DNA of 64,000 nucleotides from Mustelus asterias (GCF_964213995.1 NC_135826.1:15066001-15130000); one strand, 5' to 3'. Shown: positions 1 to 14,399, counted from the first letter of the stretch. Numbers and translations are program-made. Notes: generated from the sequence alone by a model not told the origin.

Positions 1-220
1 ATAATAGCACTAGGCCATCGCCTCCCCTAATCTTTTATATGTATCAAATGTTTTTGGCAATCCAAGTATACTTCATCTACTTGCATCCGTTTATCTACCC
101 TGCTAGTTACATTGTTATAATCCCTGGGCAAACTTTCAAATTCTGTTAAGATCTGGTTAGGGACCAGTAACTTTTGTTGTAAAAGCAGATGAAAGTTGAA
201 ATCCAAGTTACTTAGTAACA

Positions 221-533
221 CAGTGGTTCCCAAACATTTTTCACTGGGCCGCACTTCTGGAATAAAAATTTGCTCGCGCCACACCGAATTTTTTCTTCAT
301 AAGAAATACATTCAAAAACAAAACAACTCCTAGCAGTGCTTGATTCATAACATAGAACACAACTACTTTATAATATGATCATGGGACATCCAGAAAGTAT
401 AAAACAATGCAGCTACATAAAAACATCTATCCATTCTTAAATGTTTCCTTGATTGTCCTTGAATCTTCCCGCCACACTTGCCATCCTCTCTCGCCGCACC
501 AGTGTGGCGCGCCGCACCCTTTGGGAACCACTG
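221..533. mobile_element. hAT-type non-autonomous DNA transposon (MITE)
   Basis: 14-bp terminal inverted repeats CAGTGGTTCCCAAA (221-234) / TTTGGGAACCACTG (520-533); degenerate 8-bp flanks TAGTAACA / TACTAAGA. Confidence 0.7.
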
Positions 534-1071
534 TACTAAGAGAATATAGCAGGGATGGGCAACCTAGGCTTGTGAGTGGTCTGCATGAGTGGCCCTCCAC
601 CTCAGTGGGCCGCAAGATTGAAATTGGGGTTGTTTACTAACCATGACCATGAATAAGATTAAATACATTTAATATAAGCTGAATATTTCATAACGAGTTA
701 CAGAAAATGCTTAATCATTTATACATGAATAGAACTATCACCAACTTCAAATGGTAAAAACAAAACAAATACTTACACTTTAGACAGAGGGAGTGCACAG
801 CTCACAGTCAATGTACGCATTCAGCATACACCTCACTTCACTTGCCTTTGATTTACATGCATGTCACAGTCTTACTGGTAAGAAAAAAAGATGTAAATGG
901 AAATCAGCAGAATGTGGCAACTCTGCACATGGGTAACAGTCAACAAAATGTCTTGTGAGCTGCACTCAGAACATAGATGGGGGTTACCCACCTTTGGAAT
1001 CTAGGTACAAAGTACCACTTTCAAGCAAGCAGAAGAGATTTTACTGTACAACAGTCAATATTACAAAATTT

Positions 1072-1418
1072 GGGCGGCACGGTAGCTCAGTGGTTAGCAC
1101 TGCTGCTTCACAGTTCCAGGGACCTGGGTTTGAATCCCGGCTCGGGTCACTGTCTGTGTGGAGTTTGCACATTCTCCCTGTGTCTGCGTGGGTTTCCTCC
1201 GAGTGTTCCGATTTCCTCCCACAGTCCAAAGGTGTGCGGGCTAGGTTGATTGGCCATTCTAAATTGCCCCTTAGTGTCCCGGGATGCATAGGTTAGAGGG
1301 ATTAGTGGGTAAATATGTAGGGATATGGGGATAGGGTCTGGGTGGGATTGTGGTTGGTGCAGACTCGATGGGCCAAATGGCCTCCTTCTGCACTGTAGGA
1401 TTCTATGATTCTATGATT
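1072..1418 (+). mobile_element. HE1-like tRNA-derived V-SINE
   Basis: tRNA-like head with A/B boxes, V-domain TGTGTGGAGTTTGCAC, CR1-like tail ending in TTCTATGA repeats; many copies in window. Confidence 0.85.
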
Positions 1419-1599
1419 ATCTAATACTCGTAACATACAGAGTTAGCATGAGGTAAACCTGAATGAATAGGTAAACTTGTTGAACACAGCACAAACTACA
1501 CATTTAAGTGGCACACATGCCAACATCCGATCACGCTAATTTCTCAGCAACCTACCTAGATGGCAGTGATCACAGAGTTATGAAACGCTTCATATCTTG

Positions 1600-1937
1600 A
1601 GATGGCCTAACGGTATTTTCGCTAGACTTATTAATCCAGAAACTCAGCTAATGTTCTGGGGACCTGGGTTCAAATGCTGCCACGGCAGATGGAATTTGAA
1701 TACAATAAAAAGTATCTGGCATTAAGAATCTACTGATGACCGTGAAATCATTGTTAGAAAAACCCATCTGGTTCACTAATGTCCTTTAGGGAAGGAAACC
1801 TGCCGTCCTTACCTGGTCTGGCCTACATGTGACTCCAGAGCCACAGCAATGTGGTTGACTCTCAACTGCCCTCGGGCAACTAGGGATGGGCAAGAAATGC
1901 TGGCCAGCGAAGTCCATGTCTCATGAATGAATATAAA
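1600..1937 (+). mobile_element. Second SINE family with LINE-derived tail (another copy ~48780-49070, minus strand)
   Basis: B-box-like GGGTTCAAAT; tail GGGCAACTAGGGATGGGCAA..ATGCTGGCC shared with LINE 3' ends at ~6260, ~48100 and ~62040. Confidence 0.55.
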
Positions 1938-2599
1938 AGAAACTACACTGGAACATGAAGTCAGTGCCACTGATCTCATCGCTATACCCTGGAACAGAAA
2001 GTCAGTGCCCACTCAAGATGCGCGTGCAATGTTGCTAATGTGCACTCATTCACTGCTCCATTCACTCGCTTCCCCCTCGCCACAATGTTCGCCATCCTGA
2101 TCAATCAAAGCAAAATACGTGATTTTTGGATAAATATAGGTTTTGCCTGTTATTTTGTTGCTTAAATTAGGTAGACATAAAGAAATGCTTCATTAACGGA
2201 CCATTAGAGGATTTGTCAGCTCATGAAGGAAGTACCTTTTTAACCACATTTGCCCGAGTTCGATGGCCCTATTGCCCTTTCACCGAGCTGCCACTATTAA
2301 TATTCTGTTTATGTTAGTGCAGTTTCATTCTTTTTTGATGCAGACATCACTGACAAACACTACGATTGCACTCCCTGCAGTTACCATGGCAACAAATGTG
2401 ATCGTTACAAAATCTTTTATAACTCTGTCTTCCTCGTGGGATTTCAGCTCTCTTTCTGGGCTGGACCTGATATCACTAATTTGGATTGTCCCAGCAACTT
2501 CTCGCCTCCCAGTTGCTCAACCTCTTCTCACAAGGTTATGTCCCACTTGATTCATAGGGCTGAACCCCAGTATCTAATCATCGCACGCTCCCGCCCCCC

Positions 2600-2866
2600 C
2601 GAATTTGAATTTGATTTATTATTATCACATGTATTGGTATACAGTGACAAGTATTGTTTCTTCTGCACTATACAGACAAAGCATACCGTTCATAGAGAAG
2701 GAAAGGAGAGAGTGCAGAATGTTACAGTCATAGCTGGGGTGTAGAGAAAGGTCAACTTAATGAGTTAGAATAAAGTTTTAGAAGCATAGAGCGAGAGTAA
2801 AAGATAGAATTAGAAGGTATGCTGGGCACAGCTTGCAAGAAGTCACCGCGCTCCAGCGCCATCTTG
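2600..2866 (-). mobile_element. Short non-autonomous Rex1-derived element
   Basis: 2600-2762 is the reverse complement of the Rex1 3' UTR at 6068-6235; the other end reads CAAGATGGCG on the minus strand. Confidence 0.55.
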
Positions 2867-2939
2867 AAACCCTGCTATCTAGCTTCTCAGTAGAACACCA
2901 CTGTTAGCTTCCCTAAGCCCAAACTGTCAGCTGGGGCCA

Positions 2940-4026
2940 CTTAGTTCCTGGCATCCTTCCAGCCTTAGTTCAAACATGGACAGAAGTTCTGAACTCAAGA
3001 GGTGAGGTGAGAGTGACTGCTTACACATCAAGGCTGTATTTGGCCAAGTGGTATCAAAGAGCCCCAGAAAAGCAGGGGTCAATGGGAATCAAGGAAAACA
3101 TCCCACTGGTTGGGAATCATACCTAACACAAGGGAACATAGTTGTGGCTGTTGGAGGTCAATCATCTCAGTACCCGCTATGACTGCAGGAGTGCCCCAGG
3201 GTAGTGCCCCCGACCCAACCATCTTCAGCCGCTTCATCAATGACCTTCCTTTCATCATAAGGTCAGAAGTGGGGATGTTCACTGATGATTGCACAATTGT
3301 CAGCACCATTCAGATACTGAAGCAGTTCCCATCCATATGCAGCAAGACCAGGTCAACAGTCCGGCTTGGGCTGATCAGTGGCAAATAGCATTCGTGCCAC
3401 ACAAGTGCCAGGCAATGAGTATCTCCAACAAGAGAGAATTCAATTATCGCCCCTTGACATTCAATGGCATTGCCATAGCTGAATCCCCCACTATCAGCAT
3501 CTAGGGAGTTACAATTGACCAGAAACTGAACTAAACCAGCCATATAAATACTATGGCTACAAAAGCTGTGTATGAATTCTGTGGTGAGTAATTCTCCTGA
3601 CTTCTCAAAGCCTGTCCACCATCTACAAGGCACAAGTCAGGAGTGGTGGAATACTCTCCCCTTGCCTGAGTGCAACTCCATTAACACTCAAGAAGCTCAA
3701 CACCATTCAGGATAGAGCAGCCCGCTTGATTGGCACCCTACCCAGCAGGTTCAACTGACCAATATATAGTGGCAACAGTGTGTATCATCTACAAGATTAT
3801 TGCACCAACTCACCAAGCATCCTTCGACAGCACCTTCCAAATCTATGACCTTCATCATCTAGAAGGGCAAGGGCAGCAGATGCATGGGAACACCACCACC
3901 TGCAAATTACCCCTTCAAGCCACAAAGCATCCTGATTTGGAAATATATTGTCATCCCTTCACTGTCACTGAGTCAAAATCCTGGAACTCGCCCTAACGGT
4001 GTACCACATGGACTGCAGTGCTTCAA
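2940..4026 (+). mobile_element. Decayed CR1/L2-group LINE (RT 3' part), split by the Rex1 insertion; tail resumes ~6236-6335
   Basis: GVPQGS.PDPTIFS.FINDL and FTDD motifs in ORF 3110-3388. Confidence 0.7.
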
Positions 4027-6235
4027 GAGATTCCCCAACCAGAAACCATGGATGAACAGGGATATCCGCTGCTTGCTGAAGTCCAGGTCTGAGGCGTTCA
4101 AATCAGGCGACACTGACCTATACAAGAAAGCCAGATACAATCTAAGGAGATCCATCAAAGATGCCAAAAGACAATACCGGACCAAGCTGGCGTCCCAGGC
4201 TAGCCACACCGACCCCGCCGACTATGGCAAGGTCTGCAAGACATAACAGGCTACAAGATGAAGGCATGTAAAATCGCCGGCTCCAACGCACCCCTCCATG
4301 ATGAGCTCAATGCATTCTACGCCCGTTTTGAGCAAGAGGTCAGCGAGAGCATGCCCTCCACCCTGGAAGCCCTGGATGAACCTATATCTGGGGTCACCAC
4401 TGCAGATGTTAGAGCAGCTTTCTTGAAGGTCAACCCACGGAAAGCAAATGGCCTGAATGGGGTACCCGGACAAGCACTCAGATCCTGCATGGATCAGCTG
4501 GAGGAGGTATTCACAGACATCTGCAACCTCTACAACAATCTAAGGTCCCTATCTGCTTCAAGAAGACGACCATCATCCCGGTACCTAAGAAAAACCGAGC
4601 AGCTTGCCTTAATGACTATTGGCCGGTGGCTCTGACATCCGTCATTATGAAGTGCTTCGAAAAGTTATTCATGGCACGAATCAATTCCAGCCTCCCGGAC
4701 TACCTGGATCCACTACAGTTTGCCTACTGCTGCAACAGGTCCACAGCAGAAGCCATTTCCCTGGCCCTGCACTCAACCCTGGAACACCTAGATAACAAGG
4801 ACACCTATGTCAGACTCCTATTAATTGACTACAGCTCAGCCCTCAACACTATTATTCCCACGAAACTCGTCTCCAAACTCCGTGACTGGATCCTGAACTT
4901 CCTAACTCACAGACCACAATCAGTTAGGATAGGAAACAACACCTCTTCCACAATCATCCTCAACACCAGTGCCCCACAAGGCTGTGTTCTCAGCCCCCTA
5001 CTATACTCCTTATACACTTATGACTGTGTGGCCAAATTCACCTCCAATTCGATTTTTAAGTTTGCTGACGACACCACTGTAGTGGGTCGGATCTCAAACA
5101 ATGATGAGACAGAGTTCAGGAATGAGATAGAGAATCTAGTGAACTGGTGCAGCAACAATTTTCTCTCCCTCATTGTCAACAAAACAAAGGAGATTGTCAT
5201 CAACTTCAGGAAGCATAGAGGAGAACATGCCCGTCTACATCAATGGGGACAAAGTAGAAAGGGTCGAGAGCTTCAAATTTTTAGGTGTCCAGATCACCAA
5301 CAACTTGTCCTGGTCCCCCCATGCTGACACTATAGTTAAGAAAGCTCACCAACGCCTCGACTTTCTCAGAAATCATAGAAACCCTACAGTGCAGAAGGAG
5401 GCCATTTGGCCCATCGAGTCTGCACCGACCACAATCCCACCCAGGCCCTACCCCCACATATTTACCCGCTAATCCCTCTAACTACGCATCTCAGGGACAA
5501 TTTGTAACCTGGCCAATCAACCTAACCCGCACATCTTTGGACTGTGGGAGGAAACCGGAGCACCCGGAGGAAACCCACGCAGACACGAGGAGAATGTGCA
5601 AACTCCACACAGACAGTGACCCAATCCGGGAATCGAACCCAGGACCCTGGAGCTGTGAAGCAGCAGTGCTAACCACTGTGCTACCGTGCCGCCCAAGACT
5701 AAGGAAATTTGGCATGTCAGCTACAACTCTCACCAACTTTTACAGATGCACCATAGAAAGCATTCTTTCTGGTTGTATCACAGCTTGGTATGGCTCCTGC
5801 TCTGCCCAAGACCACAAGGAACTACAAAAGGTCGTGAATGTAGCCCAATCCATCATGCAAACAGGCCTCCCGTCCATTGACTCTGTCTACACTCCCCGCT
5901 GCCTCGGCAAAGCAGCCAGCATAATTAAGGACCCCACGCACCCCGGACATTCTCTCTTCCACCTTCTTCCTTCAGGAAAAAGATACAGAAGTCTGGGGTC
6001 ATGTACCAACCGACTCAAGAACAGCTTCTTCCCTGCTGCTGTCAGACTTTTGAATGGACTTACCTTGCATTAAGTTGATCTTTCTCTACACCCTAGCTAT
6101 AACTGTAACACTACATTCTGCACTCTCTCATTTCCTTCTCTATGAACAGTATGCTTTGTCTGTATAGCACGCAAGCAACAATACTTTTCACTGAATGTTA
6201 ATACAAGTGACAATAATAAATCAAATCAAAATCAA
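4027..6235 (+). mobile_element. Rex1/Babar-like LINE, 5'-truncated and frameshifted, interrupted by a SINE
   Basis: RT motifs [47 protein letters not shown]; C-terminal RLKNSFFPAAVRLLN; AATAAA(TCAAA)n tail. Confidence 0.85.
5371..5695 (-). mobile_element. HE1-like SINE nested in Rex1
   Basis: Full-length minus-strand copy splitting the Rex1 coding sequence ...FLR|RLRKFGMS. Confidence 0.85.
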
Positions 6236-7084
6236 GAGGGCAGCTCACCATAATCTTCTCAAGGGCAATTAGGAATGTACAATAAAAACGCTGGCCTGAC
6301 CAACAATGCCTACGTCCCCTGAAAGAACTTTATAAAAAGCTGCACCGACCAAATATTGAGTCCCAAGTCCCAGCTGCTCTGAGCATTGCTGCTCTGGGGC
6401 CTCCCTAAGGTCCAATTCTCAGCTGCAGCCAATGGCTCCAAGGACCTCTCCATGCTCCAGCCCCTCAGGAGCACAGAGCTAATGGTAGCACTTCAGCTGC
6501 GTGGAGCCATTCCTCCCCTTCGTGTGCTCTTGATCCATCACATGGGCTAATGTTTTGTGCCATATCCCAGCCCCATGGTCATCGTTATGCGCCACACCAC
6601 CATGCATGCACATTGCCCAATCCCCGCAGCTGCAAAGGAACATTGGAAACTGAGCACGCGTGTGGCCTGTCTCCATGCCTCTGCACCTGCATGCAACTCC
6701 CAGGCATGCTGGGAATTGTAATCCTTGGCCATTGCCTGGAAAACCCACCAAAACAACCTGGGGAAAGTAAATCCCCGCACATCATCTCAAAAAGCTTTGC
6801 TAAATTTGACACAACATGATTTCCCTTTGGTAAAACCACATTGACTTTGTCCAATCATACTCAAACTTCCTACATGCTTTGTCAAGATTTCCTCAATAAT
6901 AGATTCCAGCATTTTCCTGATTGATGTCAGGCGAAGTGGCTCCTTGATTGAATAATGACGTCACATTTACTAACCTTCAATCCATTGTGACAGTTCACCA
7001 GGAAAACCATGATCTGTGCATCCATGGCCTAGATGATCTGATTGGAGCTGCCTGCAGCACAGCCAGAGTAGCTAATGTATGATA

Positions 7085-7442
7085 GAATCATTGAATTACT
7101 ACAGTGCAGAAGGAGGCCATTCAGCCCATCGAGTCTGCACCGACTTTCCAACAGAGCATCTCACCCAGGCCCCCCTCTGTCCTATCCGTGAAACCCCACA
7201 CATTGATCCCGTTAATTCCCCTAACCTGCACATCTTGGGTCACTAAAGGACAATTTAGCATGGCCAATCCACCTAACCTGTACATCTTCCAGACTGTGGG
7301 AGGAAACCGGAGCACCCGGAGGAAACACACGCAGACACAGGGAGAACGTGCAGACTCCGCACAGACAATGACCCAAGCCGGGAATCGAACCCAGGTCCCT
7401 GGTGCTGTAAAGCAGCAGTGCTAACCACTGTGCCACCATGCT
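7085..7442 (-). mobile_element. HE1-like SINE
   Basis: Similarity to the other copies. Confidence 0.8.
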
Positions 7443-8614
7443 GTGATCCTGGAGAAAGTTTCATGCAGGTCTCTGGTACAATGGAAAATGGACGACATTT
7501 TTGCACGACCATCCAGGTTTAATCTCTGTCGCTTTCTGTCTTTCTTCTCCCCCAGTCAGATCTGATCATTGATCGTGATTGGCAGCAAGTTGATTTCAAG
7601 CACACATGCAAGATAAGTATTGTCGTTGGACCAGATGAAACCCATAAGTTAGGACACTCACTATTCACACCATAAAGTAAAAGATGAATCCCAGCTCCAC
7701 ACACACGACCCAATAAAAAAGCCTCGACCTGCAAACATTGCAGCATCAGGCACCTCAAACTCTCCCAGAGTGTTTGCACTGACAGGGTGCTCAGTGACCA
7801 TGTGGGCACTTCCAGTATTTGGACATCACCCAGCCTGTGCCAGGCCACCTAATGATGCCACTCAGCACATGCTAAAAAGCCATGGTTTTGCACATCATTA
7901 CTTCCAATTATGTTGCCTGCTCTTGTTGAATGACATTCACCGCATTAATTCTGTAACTCCAATTAAATAAATTAATCAGTGCTCTGGATTGTCAACTTCA
8001 GCCCCAGAGAAAGGGTTTCTAGAATCCTCAATAGTCTTGTAGAGGCCCTTCTTGAGATTGTGTGTTTGAACGGGCCACGGGTTGATCTCTGGGTTGACCT
8101 GGCATAGTGAGTGTTCAGAATCAAAGATCCAAAATACTTCAAAATGCTGGAAATTAAAAATTAAAAAATCTGGGAAATAACCCCAGCAGGTTAGGCAGCC
8201 ACGAGAAAGAGAGAGAAAAACAGTCCATGATTTTATATGGTCACCGACCTGAAACGTTATCTTTGTTTTTCTCTCTCTACACTGATTTACTTGTAAGCTG
8301 CTGAGTTGTTCTTTGCAGTATTTCCTGTTTCTCTCTGAGGTTGCTCAATGTGGAGCTCTCGCTGTCGAGTGTGGCTGGCTTCCCTGGCAGCCAATCACCT
8401 GGACGGTCAGCTCCAAGGCAGGGAAGTCGCTGTCATTCTGCCCCTCTGCAGGTCACAGGACTAAATCTGTCACTCCCTTGCAGCATGGCACCCACTTTAA
8501 AGCTTTTACAGTCGGTCAGCCGCTGACGAGGCACAGGGAAACACTGAGATAGTGGTGATGGACGCCAGATTTTATCCTATACATCCTTCAAAGATGTTGA
8601 ATGTTAGAGAAATA

Positions 8615-9085
8615 TGATGTGGAGAGATGCCGGCGTTGGACTGGGGTGGGCACAGTAAGAAGTCTCAAACACTAGGTTAAAATCCAACAGGTTCACTCAC
8701 CTGTTGAAGGAGCAGCGCTCCAAAAACTCATGATTCCAAATAAACCTATTGGACTTCAGAATCCCTACAGTGCAGAAGGAGGCCATTCAGCCCAGCGAGT
8801 CTGCACCAACAACAATTCCACCCAGGCCCTATCCCCGCAACCCCCACATTTGCTAATCCCTTAAACCTACGCATCCTGGGACATTAATGGGTAATTTAGC
8901 ATGGCCAATGCAAATCTTTGGAGTGTGGGAGGAAACTGGAGCACCCGGACGAAACCCACACAGACATGGGGAGACGTGCAAACTCCACACAGACGCTGTC
9001 CCAAGCCGGGAATCAAAGGCAGGTCCCTGGAGCTGTGAGGCAGCAGTGCTAAGCACTGTGCCACCATACTGCCCAAACCTGGTGT
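8615..9085. mobile_element. Penelope-derived fold-back element containing a nested HE1 SINE (~8757-9075)
   Basis: TGATGTGGAGATGCCGGCGTTGGACTGGGG terminus; 13-bp TSD TGTTAGAGAAATA (8602-8614 / 9086-9098). Confidence 0.7.
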
Positions 9086-9190
9086 TGTTAGAGAAATAAG
9101 CATCTCAGTGGTCTGGTGCACTGAGATTAAACCCTTCCAACACACCCGATCCAACTGTTTTGTCATGGTATCTGATGTGACAGATATTAC

Positions 9191-9324
9191 TGATGTGGAG
9201 ATGCCGGCGTTGGACTGGGGTAAACACAGTAAGAAGTTTAACAACACCAGGTTAAAGTCCAACAGGTTTATTGGCTACCAAATAAACCTGTTGGACTTTA
9301 ACCTGGTGTTGTTAAACTTCTTAC
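9191..9324. mobile_element. Minimal Penelope-derived fold-back element
   Basis: Near-perfect palindrome ~9229-9324; direct repeat ACAGATATTACTGA at 9180-9193 / 9323-9336. Confidence 0.75.
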
Positions 9325-10099
9325 AGATATTACTGACAGATCCCACAGCAGGGGGAGCTGACAGGCAACTTTTGAGAGTCCTCTGTCTCTCCCCAGAGTC
9401 GATATGAACAAGAGCACTCAGCTGAGGATTCCTAAATGAAGATTTCTGCAACCTCGGCTGATTAAAGATCAGTGACTCAGGGACATTTGACTCATGTGCG
9501 GCTAAATGAGAGTGGGCTCTTCCTCTTATGGTGCTGATAATGGGACAATTGGAGGAGTTCAGAACTTGTGCCTGCAATGCAAAAAGGGAGCGGGACATGG
9601 GAGTGAGGAAGACCCTCAGAAACTGCAGTTTCAGCATAGTGGATGTATCTGTGACCTAGAATCCCACCTCCATACGCCTGCATTTAGCCAATTTCCCTCC
9701 TGTTTGAAACTGGTGGTTGTGCTTCTGGCAGAATAATTCAGACCGCAAAGAGGTTCTGGGAGAGAAAACCTGGTAGAAACTGAGACGGCCAGTTATGATG
9801 TGGAGATTTGCAGAAGGGCCCGGTGTTGTCTCATTTGACTTTACCAGACTGCCACCCCGAAACGGTCATGTGCCATTAGAAGGTCCAGGTCTTTAGAATC
9901 ATTACAGCACAGGAGGCCACCATGTCCATTCCAGCTGTCTGTCGAGCAATTAAATGTCCCATTCCCCTGCTCTAACCTCATCACCCTTCAAGTTCATTTC
10001 CCTCAGTTGCCCTTGCAATTTCCTTTTTAAAATTATTCATCATCTCCACTTGTACCACCCTGTAAACAGTGAGTTCCAGGTCATTATCATTTCAGCACT

Positions 10100-11715
10100 G
10101 ATAGTGACTCCTCAGATACTGTGGCAGCCTGTGTGCATATGCAACAAGACCTGGTCAAAATCCAGGCTTTGGCTGATGTGGCAAGTAACACAAGTGCCAG
10201 GCAATAACCACCTCCAACAAGAGAGAATATAACCATTTCCCCTTGAAATCAATGGCATTACCATCACTGAATCCTTCACTATCAATATCCTAGGGGTTGC
10301 CCTTCACCAGAAACTGAACTGGACTTGCCATATAAATAGAGTGGCTGCAAGAGCAGGTCAAAGGCTAGGGCGGCACGGTGGTACAGTGGTTAGCATTGCT
10401 GCCTCACAGCGCCAGGACCCGGGTTTGATTCCTGGCTTGGGTCACTGTCTGTGTAGAGTTTTCACATTCTCCCCGTGTCTGCGTGGGTTTCCTGCGGGTG
10501 CTCCGGTTTCCACCCACAGTCCAAAAATGTGCGGGTTAGGTTGATTGGCCATGTTAAATTGACCGTAACGTCAGGGAGATCAGCAGGTTGAATATGTGGG
10601 GTTACAGTACTGGGGTCTGGGCGGGATTGTGGTCGGTGCAGACTCGATGGGCCGAATGGCCTCCTTCTGCACTGTAGGGATTCTATGGATTCTAGGAAAT
10701 CTGTGGCGGACAACTCACCTCCAGTCTTCCCAAAGCCTGTCCACCATCTACAAGGTACAAGCCAAGGGCATAATGGAATACTCTCCACTTGTCTGGATGA
10801 GTGCAGCTCCAACAACACTCAAGAAGCTCAATGACATCTAGTATAAAACAGCTACTTTATTGGCAGCCAATGCAGAAACATTCACTCCCTCCACCACCGG
10901 TGCACAGTGAAAACAGTGTGCACCATCAACAAAATGGACTGCAGCAAATCACCTGGGCTCCTTAAGTAGGACCTTCCAGACCCATGACCCCTACCAGCTA
11001 GAAAGACAAGAGCAGCAGCAGATTCTTTGGAACACCACCACCTGCAACTTCCCCTCCAAGCAGCACACCATCTTGACCTGGAATTATATTGCCATTCCTT
11101 CACTGTCATAGAGGTTTACAGCATGGAAACAGGCCCTTCGGCCCAACTTGTCCATGCTGCCCCTTTTTTTAAAACTCCTAAGCTAGTCCCAATTGCCCAA
11201 CTTTGGCCCATTTCCCTCTATACCCATCTTACCCATGTAACTGTCTAAACACTTTTTAAAAGACAAAATTGTACCTGCCTCTACTACTGCCTCTGGCAGC
11301 CTCTGACATTCACCATCCTCTGTGTGAAAAAATTGCCCCCCTGGACCCTTTTGTATCTCTCCCCTCTCACCTTAAACCTATACCCTCTAGTTTTAGACTC
11401 CCCTACCTTTGGGAAAAGATATTGACTATCTAGCTGATCTGTGCCCCTCATTATTTTATAGACCTCTATAAATTCACCCCTCAGCCTCCTATGCTCCAGA
11501 GAAGAAAGTCCCAGCCTATCCAGCCTTTCCTTAAAACTCAAACCATCTGGGTCAAAATCCTGGAATTCATTTCCTAACAGAAATGTGGATGTACCTGCAC
11601 CACATAGACTGCTGGAGTTCAAAAAGGCAACTCACCAATACTGTTTTAAGGGCTATTATTAGGGATAGACAATTAATGCTGGCCAGCAATGTCCATGTTC
11701 TATGAATGAAAAAGA
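10100..11715 (+). mobile_element. Decayed LINE 3' region with nested HE1 SINE (10368-10694, +) and CR1 3' fragment (11107-11548, -)
   Basis: Similarity to 3300-4020; ORF 11284-11622 LDRLGLSSLEHRRLRGEFIEVYKIM. Confidence 0.65.
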
Positions 11716-11877
11716 ATGTTCCCCAATATCATTATGTAGTTCTTGCAAATCTCTGTGACTTTCATACAAATTTCCCCCGCTAGCTTTCTCTTATTATTTG
11801 GAGGCCTACAGAATATGTCCAGTCATGTGATCACCCCCTTTTCGCTTTCCATATCAGAGGAAGTATGATAGGATTGC

Positions 11878-14236
11878 TGTTATGACCAGCCCCGAGTGAG
11901 GTTCCCCAAAGATTGTCATCATCTTTCAGCTAGGATAGTCTATAAGTGTAACAAACCTGGATGAGAAGGGATGACTGGCTCCATGTCTGGCAACAAAGGT
12001 TTAATCGTTCCCTTGGATACCTTTCCAAGACCCATTAGTTATGTTTAAAAATGGACCAATTTAACCAGGCCTTCTTGAGTTAAGATGAAGTAAATTTATT
12101 AACTTCTAAAAAGATAAGGAGAAATGGTAAAACACATGCATCTACATTCATATGGATTAGAAATATGAATTGAGTTCAATAGTAAACAAATATACATTAA
12201 AAGTTATACAAAACAGTCCTTGAGTTGCAAGCATTAGGTGATGGAGCATGTAACCATTATCACTTCATTCCAGTATAGTTGACGCCTGCTTTCAAGTAGT
12301 TAATTCTCCAATTCAGGTGTTCTGTGGTTTAGTAGAGATATTCCAGTTCTTTTTTCCAGCTGCAATCCTTTTTTCTGGCTGGTTGAATTTCATAGTTAGA
12401 GAGAGAGTTTTTCCAGCTGTTTTTCCTCACAGCATACACACACACGCAGATAGCAGTAGGGCAGAGACACAGGCAGCCCTGGGCAGCTCTCTCAGCTAGC
12501 TTTTAACCTCCGTCTTTGTGTACTCCAACCGGCGTCCACTGTTCGATCTAAGGAGACAATTTCACATGGTCCTTTTGATGAGATAGCCATTACGTTCCTT
12601 TGTCTTTACCGGGCATGGTAATCAATCTTTGGATTCTTTTAGAAGTACCTTATCTGGAAACATAGGGAGGGCCTCCATTGTCCCTTCCAGAATCATCCTG
12701 CAGCGGTTCTGTCAGTGGTTGACTGTACCTTCTCAGCCATCTTTGAGGTTTGTACTCCTCAGATTAGCTCAGGTTTCAGGTCACAGCCTTCAGCCATTCT
12801 GTACAGCTCATTAATGAAGGATCAACAGGTTCTCTGTCGATTGGGCATGTTTATTGAAGTTAACCCTTTCAAGGATCTTGCTATTTCTGTGGTTAAGTGT
12901 TTTCCTGCGCTTGTCGGTTTTGGCTCCCGCAGTAATAGCAATCCTGATCTCAGTGTTTAACCTTTTTCTGCAATGGCTGCCTGGATCGACAGTTAGCGTC
13001 GTCCCTGCTTTACCGCTTTACCTGTTTTTAGGTTCTTCAAAGAGTCAAATCCCTCCTTCTGATGAGTTTACAGTATTCAACTTTCTTCAGGACTGGTCCA
13101 GGAATTTAAAATTTTTAACTCACCCCTGCTAGGTGCACACTGCAACACTCTGGTATTGAAGATGGACCTCCATGGGATTCGGTGGAGTCTTCTGCTGAAG
13201 TGAAACCCAACACTGCATATTTAAAACTTTATCCTTATTGTTATTGCTTTTAAATGGGAGGCTTTCTGCTGAACAGAGAAAATTAAGATGGCCGCTACAA
13301 GTCACCTGATCACAGGGTTGCCCACCCTGTCTGGGAGTTATCCCCAGCAGTTTCAAGAACAAAATAATTATTTCTTCCAGCTTTTAGAATTTCAAACTAA
13401 CCTCTTGTAATCAATAGAAGCTGAGAAAGTGCAGACAAACTGGCTCCCCTTCCCTGAACTGTCACAAAAAGAAAGATCCAACCTTATTACTGGAAAAGAT
13501 AATTATAACCAAGTTCTTTCTCTCCTGAGGAGAAACAAATGAATTCTGGCCAGCAACACAGAAACGAATTGCAAAGCTACAATTAACCAGTAATAGGCCA
13601 CATCCCAACCCACGTCCCTGGCTTTTTGGACAGTTTTAACATCACATCTTTGAACCTCACAGATGGACCTGCTGTTTTAACGTCAACTGGACAGAACTCC
13701 AGCAGCCAGGTTCAGTAAGCAGTCCCAACTCTACAAACCCTGTTTAAATTTAAAAGATCTGACCAAGTGGTCTGAACACAGAATCGTACCACAGCAATGT
13801 TTGTTTTAAGGATTTTCTTTTTGATTTAACCAGCCAGAAACTCATAGGAGAATCCCATCATGAGGGTAACACCCTCTGGACTCTGACATTGGACTCTGGA
13901 ATGCATGTGAACGAATAATTACTTTTTTCTGTGGTCCCTGCACTATTAAACTTCTTTTTTCTATCCGTCACCCCATTTACTCTAAGTATGTGCGGAATTG
14001 GACAGAGTAAATATACCTTTTTCCGAGTTTTCAATATGCAAAATAAACTGAGCTTTTAAATTAAGCCTAACTTCTGTTTGCAGTGGATTAATGGTAAATT
14101 TGGATCATAAAAGCTAAGGGATTGGGAAAACACAATACCATCTTTTTTACAAAACAAATTCCAAACACCTTCTACTCACGGACAAGTGGTAAGAGGAAAT
14201 TAGTGAAGGTTATCTGTTTCTTTTCTGTCTGTAACT
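11878..14236. mobile_element. ~2.4-kb non-coding insertion (possibly solo-LTR-like) splitting an old CR1 endonuclease relic
   Basis: TGTTA...TAAC ends; both flanks translate on the minus strand as decayed CR1 EN (KGVIT..IFCRPPN); no clear TSD. Confidence 0.35.
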
Positions 14237-14399
14237 ATATACATTGATGCAATGAATGTCCAAGCTAGGAGCTGTCTCCATGCTTGCTTCTACACATGAC
14301 TCTGTCCGTCACTGCACTGAGTCCTAGATGCAGGTCATGTCTTCACTTACATCACTGTGTGGGTGGTGTTGTACTCAGTTCAATGTTAACCCTTTATAT

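Noticed and set aside
8313-8552. Possible exon or Ig-like ORF
   Set aside because: No convincing domain motif or partner exons; left edge is a repeat terminus
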